Positions 57,948 to 64,000 of a stretch of DNA of 64,000 nt are shown one piece after another. The stretch is from Obrimoposthia wandeli. Its lineage: Eukaryota. The position numbers and the translations under genes were made by a program. Below the pieces are notes generated by a model. That model was not told where the DNA came from. It saw only the letters and a program-made list of their open reading frames with translations, and searched no databases. Where the stretch lies: the NCBI GenBank assembly GCA_977020255.1, contig CDROCS010005585.1, forward strand, positions 62,001 to 126,000, read 5' to 3'. Position 1 is the stretch's first letter. The number at the start of each line of letters is the position of its first letter.

Positions 57948-60900
57948 CAAGGTTGATTACCGGCTGCCAAAATATAGATTTCAATTTCGATGGTGGAATA
58001 CCTGGATTCAAAATGAAGCGATACATATAGTTGGTTTCTAAGGATTGATATTGAAGTAATACATGGACTATATAGCTTTATATCAAGACATTTATAATTT
58101 AAAATTACACAATTTAAATATTAACATAATATGTTCATGTGGTGCAATAACATATGCCAGCAGATTCATACATATAGAAAAATATCTAAAATGTAAATAA
58201 ACGATAGCATTCTTTGCTAGCAGTAACCATAAGCTTCTTACAAACGGTATTTTTGCAAAGATAGCACATTAGGACATCTAAAATTTAAAATAAAAAATAA
58301 AATAAACGTTTACCATTGCAGTCTTAATCATAAATGGATTCATCTAAAATATCATAATCTTCAGAACTTTATAAGAAATAAAAGGCATAAGCATTTAGCT
58401 TTATGTAATTTGAATTATTTTATTGACTAAATTTAATTGAAATAAACGAACTCAATTGTTAATAAATTAACCATGTTCAACATGGCTGTTAAAAATACTT
58501 TAAAAATTCTTATCGATAAATCATGTTTCTGGATGAATTCAACATGAAGCTAACTATTCCCTTGACTATAATAAACCCATAATATGTTTACTAATTGATA
58601 TAATTAAATATAGTTTGGGTAATATTCTCTCATAATACAAGTACAATTAATACTGGAATGACTGGATAGTTAAATGACATTTATATTTCCAAAATTTATC
58701 TGATTTCAATTTAACGTCACTATTATGGCAACTGTTAAAAGCTATAGGAATTAACTAAAATAATTTAATATCAAAAGTAAATCTTGGCACGAGCTCAATG
58801 AAAGGTAATGTTTATCGGGTCAAAAAATATATTTCCATTTGAATATTAAATTAATGAAATTTTCCAATGTCATTTCGGTCGAAAAATGATCGACATGAAG
58901 ATCATACTTCGAGAAAAGCTTTAAAATCCATATAAATTCATTTAAATGGTGACAGTGAGTTGAAAATACAGGATGACTCAAATGGCCTTTCAGGGGTTTA
59001 AAAGTACCATACACTTTTACTTTTTATTATTAGTAAGAAAATCTGACGTTTTTATGACAAGAATTTAATACATTGATCGTTCAATACATTTATCACGTGA
59101 TCAGAACAATGTTAACCATTAAAGTAATAGGTAAGATTGGGAAAAAGTCTATTGGCAAAATTTTTGACCAGAGACATTGAAAAATAGTAAATAGGATCAA
59201 CTCCACAAACTAATATATCTATACATTATATGCCCATAATAAATTTTAAGAAACTGGAAAGTACAGATTACCCATCGAAGTTTAATATAACTATACAATA
59301 AAGGCACATTTAGATAACTATGTATTCTTGAAATATTTAGTTATTCAAAAAATGGCCCATTTTATAAGAATGATAAGATGAATTCTCACAACAGCTTGAT
59401 TTGGGAATATAAAAACCCTTGTGTTTTCGAAGTAATTTCCCTCTATTCACAAGAGTTATCGCTTGGGCTGCAATCTTAATACAACTTTTTCTTTTATAAA
59501 AATAACGTGATCTAAAGATTGAAAATTATTAAGTTGAAATGTATATAGAGAAAAATTTCTGAAAGAAGTGACTAAATCAAAATGTAACTATCTTCCAATC
59601 CAGATAACACTGCAAACAAAGTCTTAAACGTGAAATTATAGATTCGTTCAAGAACTTTGTAAATAGCATCGTGCTAATGACATTAAAATTAAAATTGTGT
59701 CTCTTTGATCCCAATGCATTGTATTCATCGAACTGAGTCAAACATAGGAATTCGTTGATTTTTTACATAAATAGTTAGTGGTCATCTTGCCACTCACAGG
59801 AATGGTTTGGTCTTCTCAACACTAAGAGACATGGTGGACAATCTGAGAATAGTAAATTTTCACTGTATTTTAATCCAAATTAATGTAAATATAGAAAAAT
59901 TATTGAAAAGAATAAAATAATGATTCATACATAATCAACAGTATCAAAGATAACATCAATAAATATTCACTAAATAAATCTGTACTAAGACAGTGTCTTA
60001 CAATTCACTAGAAAATCAAATAATTTAAAGCTGAAATAAACTCGAAATTATGTGTTATGTGTGAAATATTAAATAGCCGTGTCATTTTTTCTAAGTAAAT
60101 GAAATTATAAATAATTCAGATTATATGTTGTTTTCTAAGTTTTTCAATTATTCAAAATTTTACTCTTTTATCGTTGATAACAAAGAAAATTAACTAAGTT
60201 TCAAGGTAGATGTTTTTCAGGAATACGTTTTATTTAAACGTTTAAAATTAGGAAAATATTATCTTCAGTAAAACGGATTACGTAAAATAAATGTGATTTT
60301 ATGTTGTTGTTTTTATTTTAATTTGCGCAAAAATACTGAAGAAGTCTGTTGGAAATTAATTGCTAATTAAGCAAATTTCCTTATCAGCATTTAATTTAAA
60401 TGGGCCAATTAGAAGCCGACATATCTTCAAACACTTTAAGTGATTTTTGTGAATGTGTCTTCACTTTGTATGTGTGTGCTTTTGAGATCAAAATGAGATT
60501 AACATAAGGATGAAAAAGTGTGAATTAATGATTCGTGATATTAAATAAATGAATAAATAATAATGATATCAGCAGCGTGATTGTACGACGAATTATGATG
60601 GCTCTATTTGGAAGCAATTGTAGGCAAATGAGGCTAAATTTAGTTCTGAAGTTATCAGGTATCTATGTTGGAGTAGATGTTTTAGTAGATGTGACACGTA
60701 CTAAGGCAAATTTCAGAATATTGGAGCAAAATTAGTTCAAGATGTTGCTATGATGTATGTATGTTATAATTATGTGATTGCACAAATAGCCTCGATATCT
60801 GCCAATGGGAATACTAGTATTGACACTATAAATAGAGCGAAAAAGACAATGAACAAAGTTCGGTTGTTATTCCTCACCATGCTTTATCATTACCGAGAAA

Positions 60901-63538
60901 TGCGCCAAGTGTGAATTCCTAGACATGTAAGTTTTGTTTACAGAAAATAAGATATCAAATATTCCAACTTTCGTATCAGTTTTAGAGTTAACCCATCAAC
61001 GCGAATTTCATCTTGTAAATGTTACCGAAATTGAAGGTGGTGAAGCGTTAAAGCTCTTGTTTTAAATCGGCTGAAGTTAGGTATAAAAGAAGCTGTAAAT
61101 GCTCCAGGGTTTGGTGAAAATCGTAATTATACAATGTGAGATATGACTATTGCTACTCGTGGTATAATATTTCACGATGAAGCCTGAACATTCAAGTTGG
61201 GAGATATTTAGCTCATTGATTTAGATAAAGACTAAGAAGTTGTTATTAATAAAGAATATGCTTTAATCATGAAACGCAAATTAGAAAAAGCTTAGATTCA
61301 AAGAAGAATTGACAAAAGAAACAACAATGAGAACTGCTGTGAATACTGGCAAGAACCTTCTACACAGCTCTGGAGGAACACTGATTTGTTGCAGTTCGGA
61401 AGGAGGACTAGATATAAGAGTCACTGGGATGAAAACATATTGAAAATAAAAAAGCTAGGAATAGAAGGCGGAACAAATTATGGACAAATAGAGCAGTGGG
61501 AAGCCAATGGTTGTTGAGGTTACTGTTGGAAGATGAAGGGATAAGAAAGATTTTTGAAAAAATTAGAGGAATGCATTTAAATAAAGAGTTTCATATTATT
61601 AACGAAGTAGTTTCCACAAATAAAATCGACAGCAAAGAGTCATCAGGGGGCCGAAAGGATATCGTGGGAAAGCTGGAAACTTTAAAACAGAAGAGGGATA
61701 TTGATTTGAAATATTGCAAATTTGTATGAGCATGTTGAGAGTATCAGAGCAAAAACGTATGATAGCAAGAGCATTCTATCACATAGACAGAAACTGAGTT
61801 TATTGAATTAAGAGAGAAAGCAACATTTATTTAGAGTTGCAATTGAAAAGTTAAAACAAAAAGAAGGAGTTAAGTAAAGGAATGATTGTGGTAGTGGTAC
61901 GTTGGTCTAAACATCCGCCGACATTATTGTGATAAGCATATAGTCCCACTACGTAGGCCGGGTCGCTATGGAAGGCCAGCTCCTTTAGCAACCGTTGGGC
62001 GTCCACGGCCTCGGCGCGTGTTGTAACCATGACTTGGAAATCGTATCTGCTATGGGAGGTGCTAGTGCGTCGGGCTTTGTACTTGCTGATCTCATCAGCT
62101 GATAAATCGTTGATGCATGCCAATTTGGAGACTTTGGCCTCTGCAGCCATCTACCCTACTCTCGAATATAGAAAATTCAATTGGAGTGTTTATTCGTATT
62201 TCAGAAAAACATATTATTTTAAACAAGATCCCGAAATGATTCCAGATTTTATTGTTCCTACGAACTTGTGAACTTCGGATTTGAAACGATATATACAGTG
62301 ATCTGCAAAAGGAATCAAACAAGATCCTTTATATCGCAATGGTTTATTTTCTATTACATACGATATCTCTGCGGAAAAAGTACCAAAATCAGAATTACCT
62401 TAATTTATTAACAAATATACTTTGTAAACGTTCGTAGACAAAAATATAAGCAAACTTCCGAAACCAAAGAAACATTTTGGATTTTTAAAATCAATATAAA
62501 GTGTATAATTTCTTATGATTTCTTCTATTTCTTTCTCTCATTATTTTCCCCCCTCATTAGTAGAATAAACAATCTAATATAACTTATGTATATTTTAAGG
62601 GATCCTCATATTCCAAATCATATTAAAGTATATCTAAAATGTAACTTAATAAAACTTTAAAGAAACATTTTGAGTTAGGTAACGAACTCTTAGGTAAGAA
62701 TAATAATAAGCAAATTTAGTTGATTTAATATATGTAACTGATCTGAAAATAATTTTTTAAATTATAAATTTAAAACGGAATCAAATCATAATTTTCGAAA
62801 GTGCAAATAGAAATACGACCTTAAAATTGTTCAGTTAACACTTGTCAAAATTAATATGAATGTAATGGCTTATTCGACGAGTTACAAGAACAAGTTAAGT
62901 CGATTACAAGCGAGAAACCAATTTATCAGTGGCGACTGATAGTTCAGCACGATTCACTATCAACTGAAGGCTACCATATTTCTTCAGTATCTACTGACAA
63001 TTTAACAGGTATCGACAAAAATATTTACGAAGTATAAAATTTTCTTTACGACTAACATTTATGCCTTTGAGCAAGTTTCACACACTAAAATATATCAATA
63101 ATGTAAATCAGTTCAATTACGATAATATAACTGATGACAACCATTGTGCTGAAAGCAAGAAAATTGTAAATGCAAATCATCTGAATGGCACAACTAAAGG
63201 TACCAGTCAGGGTGCAAGGGTTGATATCAAGATAGGTAATGCAGATAAATCGTATAAAAGACATGGAAGTTGAGTTGGAATTATGTAGTCACCGTCATCA
63301 ATTTGTTACATCTGAAAAGTCTTCTTATGTTGCTGTGTGATCCTCGGCTTTTCCAGACTTCACTCGATTTTGTTGATCTATGCGTAATCAATTCGATTTT
63401 CGTACCTCAATACAAAAAAAGTCCAATAGCTTTATAAGGAAATATTGAAAGACTTTTATAAATAAAATAAAGTGACATTCAAAAATATATATTTTATTTA
63501 ATATAGAGTTTAATTTTAAGTTCCAATATCAACTAAAG

Positions 63539-63785
63539 CAGCGGTTCCCAACCTTTCTGGTGCGGTGACCCCATTGATAACATTTGCCAAATTGCGGTGA
63601 CCCCAAGAATATGGGTTAATTGACTATTATAATTAGAGAATAGTGATATTACCGCGAGAATACAACACAAGGACATTAGGTATCATAAAACAACTTTTTA
63701 AAAGGCCTTGCTGCCTTAGGCGACTCCAGGCAAATTGTCAAGCGACCCCATTTTGGGGTCGCGACCCACAGGTTGGGAACCGCTG
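63539..63785. mobile_element. hAT-family MITE, 247 bp
   Basis: TIRs CAGCGGTTCCCAACCT / ...GGTTGGGAACCGCTG and a perfect 8-bp target duplication AACTAAAG (63531-63538, 63786-63793). Confidence 0.95.
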
Positions 63786-64000
63786 AACTAAAGTAAATGT
63801 CAAAATAATTTTTAAGAAAATATCATGTTATATCAGCTATCAGACATTGTCTATAAATTTAATCTTAAATTTAATCAAAAAATCATCTAGCAATAATTTT
63901 AGAAATGGCTTTTGATGGCGTTTACATGTTATGAACAATATACTGTATTTATGTCAGAAAAGTAAACTATTTAGTTCAGAAGGATTTTTAATTATTTTTA

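Noticed and set aside
56350-61800. Possible further decayed LTR/LINE sequence (56.4-57.1, 59.4-59.8 and 60.6-61.8 kb) and a mariner-like piece near 58.9 kb
   Set aside because: Composition is suggestive, but I could not recover diagnostic motifs or termini.

Overview
AT-rich animal (invertebrate-like) genomic window dominated by endogenous virus and transposon sequence. Bases 1-12161 are the right-hand 12 kb of an integrated adintovirus / Polinton-Maverick-type dsDNA virus. On the + strand it carries integrase, penton, a small core protein, an intact hexon and an intact adenain protease. On the - strand it carries a protein-primed PolB polyprotein with an endonuclease VII domain, a DnaQ-like nuclease and accessory genes. 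It ends in a structured terminus (21-mer array, perfect 36-bp hairpin, ...CTACT). The most striking observation is that this virus has seven short GT-AG introns (six of 38-47 nt, one of 79 nt). Removing them restores frame in adenain, in a Zn-finger/acidic N-terminal extension fused to PolB, and in a ~553-aa accessory protein with SIM-like and AT-hook motifs. Three further decayed relatives lie at ~13.0-18.1, 24.8-27.7 and 40.1-41.6 kb. Two of them bracket an inverted-repeat-bounded interval holding tentative SF3-helicase and Ulp1-like protease remnants plus a Bel/Pao gag fragment. Also present: a near-identical 2960-bp tandem duplication, a full-length DD37D (maT) transposon, Tigger/Tc1/mariner/Gypsy remnants, a 4.3-kb foldback-like element and an hAT MITE. 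One clear host exon is seen (biogenic-amine, D2-like GPCR, TM1-TM2). All homology calls are from motif recognition by eye, with no database searches; identity values are visual estimates.
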